From Eutreptiella sp. 'Long Island Sound 2002' (Eukaryota > Protista > Euglenida): a stretch of 64,000 nt of DNA. A model generated the notes under the pieces. It saw nothing but the letters and a program-made list of their open reading frames with translations. It was not told where the DNA came from and did no database searches. The position numbers and the translations under genes are program-made. Below are positions 26,376 to 40,000 of the stretch, one piece after another. The stretch covers positions 9,672,001 through 9,736,000 of the forward strand of contig OZ038378.1 of the NCBI GenBank assembly GCA_964036045.1, in the 5' to 3' direction. Each line of letters begins with the position of its first letter. Within the stretch, counting starts at the first letter, position 1.

Positions 26376-28859
26376 GATGGTAGGAGGACGTTCTCCAGGT
26401 GTCCAATAAGAGACCTTGCTCGAATCATTTTGCGGAATGGTGCTAGGAAGCAAGAAGGGACAATCACCCTTGCCGTCTCCGAGGCCCAAAATGTGGGCAA
26501 TGGCTGCATGACCATGGCAGTGCGTGGTGGCAAATGTACAGTGGCAGAGTGTGCGGGGCGGTACGTGGTGGTAGCATTGTGTGGTGGCAAAGCGTGGTGA
26601 CGGAGTGTGTGGCAATGTGTGAGCTGTCTGGGCGGCATGTTGTTGCAGTGTGGTGGTAGTGTATGGCAATAGCTGGTGAAAGCGCGCTGCGTCAGTGTGT
26701 GCGGCAGTGTGTGGTGTGGTGTGTGCTAGCAGTGTGGGGTTGGGTGGGGCAGTGGTGATGGCCAAGCAGTGGCAGCAGGTGGTGGCAGTGTGTGATGGCA
26801 GTGTGTGGCAGTATGTGACATGGGTGGTTGGGGCAGTGCGTGGGACAGTGTGTGGGAGGTGCAATGAGTATACAGTCCCATGCAAGTCACCCTTCACACC
26901 ATGCTCCATTGCTGTACCCATGCACAAGGTACCCAAACTGTCTGTGGGGTCTATATGCTTCACCTCCTCCGGTAGCAGTGGCGGTTGTTGGGTTGTTCTT
27001 GTTGTCCTCCTTCTTTCCCGGAAGAAAAAAATGTACACAGGTTCCATCGAAAAAACAGTTTACGCAGGTTGCACCAACAAAAAGTACCCCTCCCCTGTTT
27101 TTTTTTCCATACGTGGGTTACATAAAAAAAAAAGTGTACGGGTTACACTTTTTTTTCACACGTGGGTTACACAGAAAAAAGTATGTGGGTTATGCTTTTT
27201 TCCATGTACGGGTTACCTTTTCAACGCACTTGGCACCCACCCAACATGGTAGTGCAAGTCAATAGGGGTAAAGGGTTTTGGCTTGCATGTCTGGGACAGG
27301 GGATTGCTTAGTGGCCGGTCCATATTATACCACGGGGGAGGGGGGTCTGAGGCCACAAAAAAGTGTGGGCACCCAAAATCGGCCTCCCATTTCAGCTCCT
27401 TTGATAAATTTTATTTTTCCCCTTGGGAAAAATTTTCGGATCTGGTGGGTTGCTGGGTCGGTCAAAATCCCAAGAAAGTAAGGATAACCCCTGATATCAC
27501 TAACCAATCCCCTGGCGTGGGTCAATGTTCAATGCCAAGAGGTTGTACCCCCCGTCCCCCTGTGCAATGACCATCATGCCCTTGCGAAGGTAAGGTATGG
27601 TGCGCAAGAATGCTGGTGGAGTTTGAATATTGAATATGCTTTGCAGCCCCTGTGCAATGACCAGCTTGTGCAACAACCAACCCCCTGGTCAACCAGTGCT
27701 TCATGTGACATTACTTATTCAAAGGGTAGTGCAGGGATTACAGGCTACCATGTTCAGGGATATGCATTGCACCCAATTGATTAGTGGATGTTGGATGCAC
27801 TTACTTGTGCAAACGCACAAACCAATGCGGAAACGTAGCACGTAGCACCAGCAACGCAGATATCGAATACTGAGTTCTCTTGAGGTCAGCTCCAGTTCCA
27901 GGTTTGTGCAGTGGGAGCGCACATGCACCTTTGGTGAACTCCCTTCCCCCTTCCTCCAGGCAGGGGCCAAAAGGTTGAGCAATTATGGTAAACAGGGTGT
28001 TGGAGGTGCCAGTCACTACAGCCCGGTCACTACAGGTGTCACACGCACGAAGCCTGTGGCGGCAAGGGCAGCAGCTGTACATATTGCGAGGCTTTTGTGC
28101 CTATGTGCGCCGTCATTTATTCATAGAGTTCAACCTTTTGTGGCACCACAACACACATTAAGAAAAGGATGTAATAGAGGATTCATAGAACATGAAAAAA
28201 GTATTTCAACTGCTTCCTCACCCGCTATCAGGGAAGTATTAGAATGGCCGTACATCATAGGAGGAGGGGGGGGTACCCCCCTCTGTACCCCACTCCCCCC
28301 GGAGACAAAAGTGGCCATAGTGGGAAAAAACGAAATTTACAATTCGGAAAATCTGGTTGGGCCGGTTTTGGTGCACATTTTTTTGGGTCCCAGATCCCCC
28401 CACCCCTCCCCTCCCCCACTTCTCATACTTCCCTGGGGAATGGTAAAGAATTGTTGAATAATACTGCAATCAACATGTATGCGTTCAAACTGATCAGCAT
28501 GACGAGCCGCCATCTGGAACCGCCCCACCCAACCTCCTAGCCTGGCCAACCCCAAAACGTTGGCAGGGCAGTAGAGCCCCATCCAACAGCTTAGGCATCA
28601 CCCCATCTGTAGCATGCGCTGTCCTTGCGGTGACTCTAGGAACCTGTTTCAGTAGACCAGGTGACCAGAACAGGACCAGGACACTTTCTTGTACGACTGT
28701 ACACAATCTTCATGCCTTTGATTCTTTCCGCCACATTGCCAAGCCACGTGCCCTGGCTTTGTCTTGCTGTCAGACCCACTTGCTGATTGTGATTCATTTT
28801 TTTGGTGTGGGACGGACCAGGCTGTGTTGGGGCATGCAGAGGACTGCTCTTCCTCACAG

Positions 28860-29035
28860 GTCGAAGATGCCGCAAAACATAGCAGCCGCACAGTATCGTG
28901 GGAGGTCCTTGACTTCCAAGATGTTGATGACGCCAATGCAATGCTGCAAGCGGCCATTTCAAGATTCAGTCATCATGGTGATAGAGGCACCGCTGACAAA
29001 GCCCACGCTACAGACCCCCAAGTGCTTGCAATGCT
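28860..29035 (+). CDS. Candidate exon of an unknown protein, paralogous to 32272-32943
   Basis: Phase-0 AG acceptor (CTTCCTCACAG), then VEDAAKHSSRTVSWEVLDFQDVDDANAMLQAAIS; possible GTATGT donor at ~29036. Confidence 0.35.
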
Positions 29036-29040
29036 TGTAT

Positions 29041-29166
29041 GTGTGTGTGTGGGTGTGGGTGTGGGTGTGGGTGTGGGTGTGGGTGTGGGTGTGGGTGTGG
29101 GTGTGGGTGTGGGTGTGGGTGTGGGTGTGGGTGTGGGTGTGGGTGTGGGTGTGGGTGTGGGTGGGT
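29041..29166. repeat. (GTGGGT)n hexanucleotide microsatellite
   Basis: Direct reading of the sequence. Confidence 0.95.
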
Positions 29167-32100
29167 GGATCAGCGGATGTGCATGTGGGTGCATGATTTG
29201 GGGGGCAGGCCCCAGAAATCAACACCATCACCCCGCCAAGCGACCACAGCCTCGGGTTTCAACCTCCACCCCACCACCGACACGGAGCCCGGTGCAGCCT
29301 CCAAACGAAAGGGGACGCGACATTCCCCCGGGGATAGCACGGATGCTACAGCAGATCAGAGTGCCTCACGCCAGGCCACAACCGCTGCCGCCCCAAAGGG
29401 AAACACGGCCCAGCGCGAGGACTTCACGCGCCGCCGTCCTGCCCACCGGCCCTCCGATGGGGTTCGATAACATTAGCACCCCGTCTCCGCGGGTGCTGAG
29501 TAGGCCAGGGCAATACTCGCCATCCCCGGCATGGTCGCCGGCGGTGACTTCCAGTTGGCACTCAGTGCGGCACATGTCCCCAGAACATTGGTCGCCCGCG
29601 TGCACACCAGGGGGGGGGTCTAACCGACAGCAGGATCCACCTCACCTGCCCCCCATCCTACTGGCGCCCCTATTTGAGAGCGCCATGTCTACCCCGCGAA
29701 GGAACAGCACTCAGAGTGCGTCTAATGAGGACGTGCAACAATATGCAGTCCAGTATTCTGCCCCCCCCGAGCTGCCCCCCACCCTGCTGGCGCCACTTTT
29801 TGAGAGCGTGATGTCTGCCCCACGTGCGGGCAGCACTCATCGTGAGTGCGATGAGGACATGGGTCAGTACGAAGTCCAGTATTCTACCCCACCCTCCGTG
29901 GGGGAGTGGCCCCCTAACCCCTTTACTTTTCCCTCTCCACGCGGGGCACAGCGGCTCTGCACGGAATTGCCTGGCATGGCCCGACAGGGCCAGGGGTGGG
30001 TTCGTGATCCCCATGCACGACACTCCACCATGCTGTACAGCATGCAGGAGGGTACTTCCAACAGCGCGGATGGGCTCATGAAGCATGGACGGGCCTCACG
30101 TGAGGTGACTTAAAGGACGGAGGGAGGAGCCTCTTGTCATACAGGGCGGCAGCTCTCCAGAAACCCGCGCGACTTGCCCCTTGGGTGAGTCTGGGAGCTG
30201 GAATGGGTAGAAGCCCCATGGACTATTGCTCCTTAATATGATTTCCTTCCGGGTTTCAACCTCCAGATGACCCAGGCCGAAATGTGTAGACCCGCTTCGA
30301 CTGCTAGCAAACGGCATCGCGAAGACATCATAAAAGCGTACCTATACACCACCTAAACAAGCACACTGAGAGGCAACGTCAAGGAGTCACCTTTTGGGGG
30401 CACAACTAGAATTAGGTCAGAACGCTTTGACGTAGTCTGCACCCATCATCATAGTACTGATTCTGTGGTGCTCTACCAACTGTCAGAGCATCTGCAGTCC
30501 ATGGTCCGTGCGGGATCGTTGATGTCCTTCATGGCTTCTGCATGCCCGGCATCTGGTGCATCCAGCAAATGTCCAGCAAGGTAATGTGACATGGCACTCG
30601 CTCCAGCCACAAAAGCATAACACTAGAAGGGATTGTGCCGGTCCTGCCTCCCCCGGCCCACCTGAAACACCAGTCTATTCTAAACAGGTTTTGATGTACC
30701 CGTTCCGTGTGCCTGTCCTACCCAACACCCCAGCAGTGGTCCTCCCATGAACCCACCTGGCGTGTACCTTGGGATTGTGGAGGTTTGGGGTCTGACGGAC
30801 CGCAGCGACTCACAACAAGAACAATCGGCAGGAGGGGTAACAGCAGAGAGGTTTGGGTATAGCATGGTGCAGCTTGAGCACAAGAGGGTGCCTGTGGTGA
30901 TCCAGGGATCCAGGACCACGGCATTTTCGGGCTTCTAAGCCCCTGCGGCCTACTCTCCGTCGGCCGCAGGCGAGTTCTTTGCGCTGCAATGCCGGCCAAA
31001 TGGTCGGAGGTAGTGGCGCGGTCCTTGTGGGACCAACTGCTGCAGTGCGACAAGTGCTGGTGTGCAGCCCAATGCTCTGAGCAATGAAGGTGGGGCCCAG
31101 TGGATGGCAGCGGTGGCTTGGGTGCTGGTCATTCCGGTGTGAGCAACAAGGCCTCCCCAAGACCTCAGGCCTCAAGGTCCAGGATGGCCAAGGGCAAGGT
31201 CGTTGGGGATAACGGTGCCAGTCCTGCCTGCCGGCCTCGTTCAAGAGGAAGGAGCGCGCCATTGAGCGCTTTTTCAGCCTGTGCATGGCTGAAGAAATGA
31301 GGTCCTGAAGGGGTGCGACAGCCTCCAGAGCCACAGTACAACCCCAGACCACATACGTTGTGGAGCACCAGAAGTATGGGCTGCAGACATCATTTGTGTC
31401 AAAAATTTGTACTTCCAAACATGCCTTTCTGTCACTTGTATGTGGGTGTGCTGGGGACCCTCACATGGCAGGCCTCAAATGCCTGCCCTTTGCCAGTTTA
31501 CCCCAGCGCGAACAATGGTGCCCACATCAGCGCATTTTCTCCTCGAAAACAGAGGGTTGCAATACAGCAGGTTGTGCCGCCATTGCTTGTGTTTGCGTGA
31601 ACAGGGGCTTTCCCACTCCGCCACTCTGGTCGCCCATCGCAAAGCATTTGGTGAAGTCGGCAGCCACCTAAGTGGCGCTTTGAATCATGTCCGGGACAAT
31701 GGTAGTCAAATGGTACCAGTGCAACACCTGGCAATGGTCCTGGCAATTGGAGAGCTATGCTGAGACACAGCCAGGCACAGACACCCAACGGTAATTGAAA
31801 AACACCAAAATAGCCACTAGTTTTTGCCTCTCCCAGTGTGGCAGCCCTAACTGTGGTACCAGTAGGCGACTATTTAATTCCTCTACCTGTTTGCCACTCG
31901 TGCACATGGAACCAGCCACCATGCAGTGCCCCTTTGCCAGTGCTTCAATGCAATTTTGCAACACAAGGGACGTGCCTCTTCAGCCAATGAGCTTGAATGG
32001 ATTTAGATCACCACCCATGCACTCAAGCACAAAATGTTCATAAAAAAAAGCAGCCATGCCTTGTGTATGTTGTGTTTCGTACGTTGTGTTGGATTGTCAG

Positions 32101-32271
32101 TTCCAACTATTTTCCCACCATTTTCAGATCCATACCCATTGAGTTGTTGTAACCGGTGTGTACTGAGTGCTCAATCGGCTGTTGGAAGCCCAAATTGGTG
32201 GGATCCTACTCATAAAGGCTACTGACAATTTCTTTTGACTTGCCATTACGTGTTATTTGGGCTTTCCGCAG

Positions 32272-32943
32272 GCTGAAGACCACAATCCTCGTACGCAAGT
32301 GAGCCGTACAATCTCATGGGAAGTCATCGATACTCCAGATGCCAAAAGTCTATTGCAGGCCGCCATTTCAGATCTTGCCACCCAGCAGGGCTGCACGGCG
32401 TGCCCTCCCAAGACGATCCCCGCATTCTCTCCAATGCTTGCCCCGTCGCAGGATCCAGAGGTTCCTGCAATAGAGCCTTTGTCCCTACTTTGTGAGGCGC
32501 ATCCGGGCTGCCGTGTGCGCATTGATGAGAGCCGTAACACGACCTTCTTGATTGAGCCACCATGCCTGCAGGAGTCTGCCCCCCCGCATACCACTGCTGC
32601 TCCCCTTGAAAAGGCCTCATCAGCACCAGAGGTATGGCTTTCCCACAGTAGCTTGGCCAGTCCAGGTAGTGAGGTCCTGGGGCCATGGGTTTTGGGGGCT
32701 GCGGTAAAAAAAAGGTTTTTGATGCCTAAAATGGTCCTCAAATCGTATTGCCAGTTGTGGGATGAATGCCATGAGCCACATGACGGGCGGCTTGTTTGTA
32801 CAAGTCACGATCTTTGTGGGACTCATTTCTTTGAAAAAGCGTGGCCACAAATTTTTCAGAAAAAGCACTCCTCACCAGACTACACGGCCACATGCCAACA
32901 GCCCCACACAGCAACATACACTTTTTCATCGTGGAGCCCATGA
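32272..32943 (+). CDS. Candidate terminal exon of an unknown protein
   Basis: Phase-0 AG acceptor (TTTCCGCAG), then AEDHNPRTQVSRTISWEVIDTPDAKSLLQAAIS; open to the stop at 32943. Confidence 0.35.
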   Translation, partial: AEDHNPRTQVSRTISWEVIDTPDAKSLLQAAISDLATQQGCTACPPKTIPAFSPMLAPSQDPEVPAIEPLSLLCEAHPGCRVRIDESRNTTFLIEPPCLQESAPPHTTAAPLEKASSAPEVWLSHSSLASPGSEVLGPWVLGAAVKKRFLMPKMVLKSYCQLWDECHEPHDGRLVCTSHDLCGTHFFEKAWPQIFQKKHSSPDYTATCQQPHTATYTFSSWSP

Positions 32944-33149
32944 TGATATGAGCAATCTTGCATTGAGCGTTGAGATCGATTGTTCAGTGGGGTAAACCAC
33001 TTGTACAGAACAGGGAAAAAGCGACAAGATACATTTCTGCAAGAGCACAACACGCTCATCCGGCGTGAGATCCCAGTTCTGCATTGTGGTGGCTTGTTGC
33101 AGACCATCATCTTTCTGCAAATGCCACCCGTGAGAACCAAGCAAAACCC

Positions 33150-33330
33150 AAACTATTCACGAGAACAGACCTTAGTTCGGAGGGTCCACTAGATTCCCTT
33201 TGCTAAGGAGCGTCACCCCATGACCACCACAAATGTGGCAGGTAAAAAATGGTAATGGAAGGCAATGCCTATGGGCGTTAAGAATGGCCCGGCGATGTTT
33301 GCAAGAGTCATGGACCATGATTCGCATAGT
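33150..33330 (+). pseudogene. Ty3/gypsy reverse-transcriptase fragment
   Basis: RVH*IPFAKERHPMTTTNVAGKKW*WKAMPMGVKNGPAMFARVMD matches the gypsy RT f.QI....T.F....y....MPFGL.NaPa.Fqr.M motif. Confidence 0.7.
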
Positions 33331-33759
33331 TTGCAGTGGAGCACAGATGCTTGCAGCCCCAATACAACACACAGGAGCGATGTCAAACTATGTGTCACAC
33401 TGTTGTCATGCATTGGATGCAGATTCATCATACATAATCCTGTTGTGGACGTGGATGCCATGCGTTTGCACACTTGGTTGTAAATAGTTGCAGAAGGCAC
33501 AGCTGCATACACCATGAAAGTGTGTTCGACACAAAAGGATCGTGTATTAGTGTCCAGGGTTTCAGGGAACTCAACACAGATATGTGCATCAATTCCAATT
33601 GCAGAAAAGGAGGTGGGTGATAAGGTACTGAAAAAGAAGGGTGCCAAGGCAGCCCCCCCAGTAAGAACCAGGTGCAGTCAATGTTTAGTGCTGCTTCAAG
33701 GTGCTGAGATCACGTCCTGAGCCTTGAATGTGCTGTCATCTGAGGTGTGGGCATGACAG

Positions 33760-35500
33760 CTCATGGGTGTGTTGCCACCACAGAGATTTGTTTGACATGG
33801 AAGGCAACAAGGTAAAAGAACCACATGAGTGCAAGAACTACTTCACCATGAGGGACCAGTATCAGCAAGCTTTGGCTGAGGAAGTGATGTAAGTGTGCCG
33901 GTTTTTGGATGAGAGTATCTGAAAGTGCCTTCATGTGATGCTTGGGCGCGCTTAGATTGCACTTTTGCGATTTAGAGCAGCAGCCACAACCCATGCCTGC
34001 GGCATAGCTCTTCAGCGATGGGGACCATACTGCATGATATCGGGGTGAATTAAAAGTTGCATGTGAGGGAGATGCACACGCGCTGCATGCGTTTTCAATG
34101 TGTGTAGACAACATTTTCTTTCCCCTTGTGCCTGTGTTCTGCACCTCACCGCCATCCTGCCCCCCGTGGTAAACCTGTGTGCTGTGGCTGCAGGACAGGG
34201 TCCCACGCGAGGTTGTGATGGCGATGGTGAACAAATGCCATGAGTGCCTTGCACCCCCCTCTTGAAATGGGAATCCAAAACGTCTGCGTAGGAAGAGGAA
34301 GAGCACTCCCCATAACTGATAATTTGAACATCAAAACGCCAAACGATACGATACGGTTGCATCGTGGGAATGGGAAGTATGGGCATGGGAGGTAGAGTGG
34401 AGGCCTCCGTTGTTGTATGCTCAGCCCTTCTGCCACTGCGTCCCTGCCACCCTGAAAATACACAAAGATTCCAGAGATGGGCTGGTAAAAACGCTCAAGC
34501 GGTGCACAGGTGGTGCGATTGCAGTGCGCAAGGTGCACGCGTCTCCCTCTGTGCGGGCCATGTGGAGAAATAAAGAGCAGTTTTAAACGTGGTCTGGGTT
34601 GCTTTGCAGGGCTGGAGCACCTGCTGGGAGTGCTGAAGCATTGCTGATTTGGTTAGAGGGCAGCCGTTTAAATCGTTGGTTCGATTCGCCTTTGTGAATC
34701 TTGAATTAGAGCTGAGAAAGGTCACAACAGAATGGTTTTAGCTATGGTGGTGTTGGGTCAAGTGATGCTCGATGTGTTTTCCTCGCCTTGTTCACTTCTC
34801 TGGCTCCACTAGATGTGGTGTAGGCTAACTGGCAGGATTGATGCTAGTCTAGGACTTGGGCACTTTCTCAACCAGGAAGCCAGGAAGGGAAGAAAGGTGG
34901 GGGTTTGTAGGAGTGAGATGACCACTTCTGACCTCTGATCCAGCAACATTCAATTACCTTGATCAGCTTCGAGGTAACGTTCCGCACGGAGACAGCATTC
35001 TCTTAGCCCTTAGGGAGTCAGCCGATGGTGCATTCTGGTTGGATTCTGGCTGGTCAAGCGTTTCAATGGATTGATTCTGACCCCACACCGATCACCATCG
35101 GGAGTATGTCACACCACAAGTATCAGCCGGCTTCTTTTCTTCAATTTCATGGTTGACCCCCCATCATTGCCACCGCCACCGCCACTGTCACACTGCGTCA
35201 TCACAGCATTATCACAACAGCCCAAACTTCATAAAAACACCAGAACGACGCCGAAGCAGTCCCTGCGTGATGCAGCACCAGTCTCAGTTACCAGACATGA
35301 TGTCTTTTGCACCCACTCCTTGCCAATTTACCTGCTCCTCTTCACCAGGTTGAAGTCATCGTTGCTATTTTGGCCACTGCAGCAAAGCAGCGCACAAGGT
35401 CAGCAAAGAGGTACACCCCGGCTGAGCCGACCCCGATCCCTTCACTTTTGAATGTTGGCGGCTGGACAAGTTTTCTGCCATTCCCCACATCCACTTATTG
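33760..35500 (-). pseudogene. Decayed Ty3/gypsy pol (RT thumb, RNase H, integrase)
   Basis: MPILPIPTMQPYRIVWRFD resembles the start of the integrase core. AHCNRTT..LERFY resembles the H2C2 region. LVRCFAAVAK resembles the RT thumb. Many stops and frameshifts. Confidence 0.5.
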
Positions 35501-37686
35501 ACAATTGATGCCCAGCGGGAATCCCTTGGCCCATGTCCCCTTCAGATCCCATCCTCTCTCGCGAAATTGAACCCCTATGAAAGCGCAGCATACCTCATGT
35601 TGACCCCTCTCTTGCCTTGACGCCGCTCCTTTCCATCTCCTCTCCTGGTACTAGGTCGGTCTGTCATGCTGTGCCTTAGCGGGGGCAGCAGCCTCCTCCT
35701 TTGCACAAGAGCATCCTGGGCCTTAATAGGCCTCTGCAGACTCAAAGATGGGAAGTCTCGGAGGCCCCGGTATTGCCGGAGGATGTGTGTTGAGCTGAAA
35801 CTCAAGGCTCTCTTGCCCCATCCTACAGTCCTAACCGTCTCATCAGTGCACCTCTTGGGCACTGTTTCAGCTTCGATGCGCCGTGCATGTGTAGTGCAGC
35901 ATTATTCACGCCCTCCCCTGTGTACAGTGTTGCACACTGCTGTGTTCCCTTTTGCCTGCACTGCACAGCACCCCCCCCCCCCCCATGTGCATGTAACACA
36001 CAGGGTTTCATTTCCCTGTGCAGGTGTTGTGGGACTGACTGTTGACTGCCTGCCTGCAACAGTGCTGCCCGCATCCATCACCCACAGTCACTGCACATCT
36101 TTCGCTGTTGGTTGCATTGCACGACGCTTTAAAGTCCCCACAGGACGGCAAGCCCTCGTTGCAGTCCGTTCCCGGTCCAAATCTGAGCTCAAGGTCAGCA
36201 GCTGACATTTGCACTGGTGGCGGTGGTGAGTGCAATGCGGCGAATTCCCATGCCGCAAGCCCTGAAGTGTTGCGAGCATTGCACCCTATCCCGGCGACCA
36301 TCTAATATCCCATCCCAGGACATGCGCCCCACGCGTTTGAGCTGATTCTGCGCATTTGATAGAGGTAGAGGAGAGAAACTGGAGTGAGAGAAGGACAACG
36401 CTGGGACAGCAGCTGCACAGGCCCACCACGGGTCAAGGAATCGCTTGCAGGGGAGGAGGGGCCCGAGGATGCACCACAGCTACTCTCTACAGCCACAGCG
36501 GCATATGTCGGCACCTTCGACCGTCACAGCCAAAACCGCCTCCCGCCGGTTTACTGCTCAGCAGTAACCGCTCACTGCCCCTTCAGGCACCCTTCCCGTC
36601 AAGCGATTCCCTGCGCGGAGGGTCCTGCCAAAGTCGTAAGCCTCCATCTCAGTGTCACTCTTGCAGATGTGCCATGTCGATGTGGCATCTGGGTTTGGTG
36701 CCCATGCTGCTGCTCTTTCTTGGGGTTGGTCCTGCCGATTCGTGTGACATGGACTCTTTCTCTTAGAGTCCACCAGCAATCTGGTCTCTCATGGTCTCAG
36801 TGCCACATGCTACTGACCCCCCAACCCCCCCCTCCCCCTGCAGTCTTGGATAGCTCATCAGTAGAGCACTTGGTGGGTGTCCAAACAGGGGCTAATTTGG
36901 CTTCCGGTACTGCTGAACCTCGGTGTTTCGCAGGGGCATATCTCAGGTGAAACGATTCTCAGAGATGAAACTTGGACTGCTCGGCCAACCGTTGTGTGAA
37001 GCCCCGTGACTGTGGGTTGGGAAAAGGCCAAACAATTCAGGTGGGCCATTTGGCTGCTATTATCAACGCAGACTGGACGATTGGTCATAGGAATCCGGTG
37101 TCTCAACATCGGTACTGCAGCAGCACCTCCATTTAGGAAATAGGGTGAGGGGCGGTGGGGGGTTGGCTTGTAGAGGGAGCTGGTTGGCACAATGGTGGCA
37201 CAAAACATGTTTGTGGGGGGGGATTACACACACAAGCATCAACACTGCCCAGCACGCCGACAGGGAGGGGGGTTGCAGGGGTGAGGGGGCATCTGTTCCG
37301 GAGATTTGGAAAATTTTTCCAAAATTTTCCAAAAAAAATTGCAAAAAAAATTTCCATTGTGAATTTGTTTGGGTGCTTTGGCCGCAGGCGTTCTTTTTTG
37401 CTGGCGCAGGGGTTGGATGGGATGGAATGGGCACCGTATTCTCATTCCGCACCCCGGGCAAGCAGTGTCAATCACAGCTCCTTCGCTCGCTCCAATGCCC
37501 ACCTTGGCACCCTCGCTAACCACCATTTAGCATGCCAGCCCCTGAATTTTCAAGCGTCCATGCAGCACCAAAGGCTGGCAGCCAACTAATTCCTAGAAGA
37601 TTTAGACTTGATGCCTCCGTGCAGCCCTGCTGTTGGTGCATTTGGACACAGCATCATCCCAAGGGAATCAGGCACTCATCCAATCA

Positions 37687-38248
37687 GGGAGCGTCAGCGT
37701 GCTGGGCGCGCGCCGGGCATCTTTTTGGGCCAATTTTGATACGGAGCCCTAATCCGCGCTTTTTGCATGGCCCTTTTCCAGTTGGGGATGTGGACCGGCC
37801 GTTTCTAGTTGGGATATGGACTGGCCCCTTTCCGGATGGGGATATCAACCAGCCCCTTTCCAGTTGGGGACATGGACTGGCCCCTTTCCGGTTGAGGATA
37901 CCCACCCGCATAAAGTGTGCTTTCATGTCGGGCACCAAAGGGTGTTTGGAGGCGGCTTGGCGTCAAAGCGCTCCCCGTGTTCACGAATATCTTAAATATG
38001 TTGTACAAGAAATTCGTTGGGCTGACAGGTTGGATCCTTTCAACCATTGTTCCCATTTTCTGTTCTTTATGACACATTTCACGGACTCCATGCCCATCAC
38101 TTCCATTGGGGGCATATGGAGTGCTGACCTGGGGGATTCTAAGTGTGCGTCACATGTTTTCAAGGTAGCTGTTGTTGTTGATACGTCGCTGTCAATACAA
38201 AAGTAGCACGCCGGGCACGAGCCGGGCCGGTGCCGGGCAAACCCCCCC
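37687..38248 (+). mobile_element. Internally deleted Harbinger element carrying a transposase N-terminal fragment
   Basis: Family ends GGGAGCGTCAGCG..GCGCGCCGGGC and AAAGTAGC..GCCGGGCAAACCCCCC. WADRLDPFNHCSHFLFFMTHFTDSMPITSIGG aligns with WAERLSEWNHVPHFLYFVTHYVDSMPIASIGG at 13878+. Confidence 0.8.
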
Positions 38249-38299
38249 AATGAGCCCGCCACCAGATCCTTCCAGCCATCTACACTGAGTTCACAGCCA

Positions 38300-40000
38300 T
38301 TTGCGCAGTCTTCTTGAAGATAATGGGTTTTTCGGGATCCCAGACGCCAACGTCCCCCTGCCCCCCAATCCACCACGGGCAAAATGCCTGCAATACAGGG
38401 TGCCACTGATGTGTAACACTTGGTGATCCGGAAACCCTGGCCCTGGGTTACAAACTTCACATCAGAAGTGGTGGAGCACCCTCCAGTTTTCACAGTCTGG
38501 AGATGCTGCCCGTGCTGGCAAGGGAGTGGATGCCAGAGGCAGCATGATGCGATTCTGAGCAGTCGAACAAGCATGCTGCTCTCACCCACAAAGATCCACC
38601 CGTGTGAGCTATCTCCATGAACCGAAGCAGTCAAACAAAAGATATGGCACTTGACATGCGTGGTAATCCACTGCAATCAATCAGCCTTGATTCCCCTTTC
38701 CAACCCCCACACCCCCACCCTTGGCCTGTGGGATTGGGTTGGTGACGTGGTGACAATAGACCTGCACACTGTTTTTCTTACGCATGCTGATAATTGCGAA
38801 GTGTCACAGGACCTCTGCCCGCCAGCATGTCTGGTGTGGCCCATCTGCAGCCGACCTGCGTTGCTCTTGACCCAATGGGTCAAGGGTTTTCCAGAGTTGT
38901 AACAAAATGCTGTGAAATAAGGAGTGCATCCACCATCCAAACGTTCGTGGCGGCCAGCCCCAGGTGACACATATGCCCATGGTTCTTAGTTCACAAAGCC
39001 TCTCGCTTTGATTTGGAGTGCAGATTTTAGGTTCATTTTGCTTCTTCTTTTTCTTTTTCGTGTGGGGGCACATGTCCATCAACATTTGATCTTCACACAG
39101 AGTGGGGCCTTGCACGTATCCAAGCCGAAGCCCACAAAACAACACTGCAGGGCAGAACGCCCCCTGCAACATATCCCGTACTTAGGAGACTCCGACACCT
39201 TAAGGCATGAGCATTGCCTTTCTAAGCGTGCAGTCTCCACTGTATTTTTGAGCTGCAAACCTTCTGTGTCTACTGAATTCCAGCACGTGCTGCAGCATCT
39301 TCATGTGTGTGTGGCGTGAGCGCGCTCGTGTGTCTGCCTTTAAAGGGCAGGTGGGCATTGTTGTGTCATGACATGGAGTTCTGTCTTGACGAAGTTGCAT
39401 GTTCCTGAGCCCATTGGGGGCCCCCATTGAAGCAATGCAACCCCTGCACTTTGTATGCAGAATGCAAGGAAATCAAGGGAACACGTGCTTCGACAGCAGT
39501 GTGGCAGCCAGGCATGTCATGTATGAATGTCATGTCTGCATGTATGCTTATGCAGTATGTCTATCTAGCTGGCATGCATCTTGAGGCAAACACTTGCTAG
39601 GTCAAGGGAATGTCCCTTGGATGTGTACAATGCCGCAGATTTTCATACATCTTTACCCATCTGACTTGCATGTTGCTTCGCCATGCCTGAAATGCAGTAT
39701 GCTCATGTATAATGGTTGTAGACGTTGTAATCGAGCTATCACAGCCGTGCATCAAATCAGCCATGTCCTGTCCCCACTTCATTGCTGACACCACATTTTC
39801 TGATTGATGTCACCTTCTTGCAGTGCAGACATTGCTGATACGGATGGTGTTTCAGGACTACATGGAAGTACAACAGCAGGGCCCACCCACCCCCGGCAGT
39901 GGAAGCCACTGTTTCCAGAGAATAGTGTGTGCCGCCGACGTATCAAGACAACACGTTGTGCTCACACAGAATATCATCTTGACACACCAACAAGGAGGTT
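38300..40000 (-). pseudogene. Heavily decayed Ty3/gypsy pol relic (protease, RT and integrase traces)
   Basis: CLDTSAAHTIL resembles the retropepsin DTG motif (~39930). GAPNGLRN...HMKMLQHVLEF is RT-like (~39200-39430). GHTRHAGGQRS..ACVRKTVC is H2C2-like (~38760-38850). All are in pol order on the minus strand. Confidence 0.4.

Noticed and set aside
28764-30113. 449-aa ORF taken as a single complete protein
   Set aside because: It includes a (GTGGGT)n tract and probable intron sequence before the 28860 acceptor; only parts are kept as candidates.
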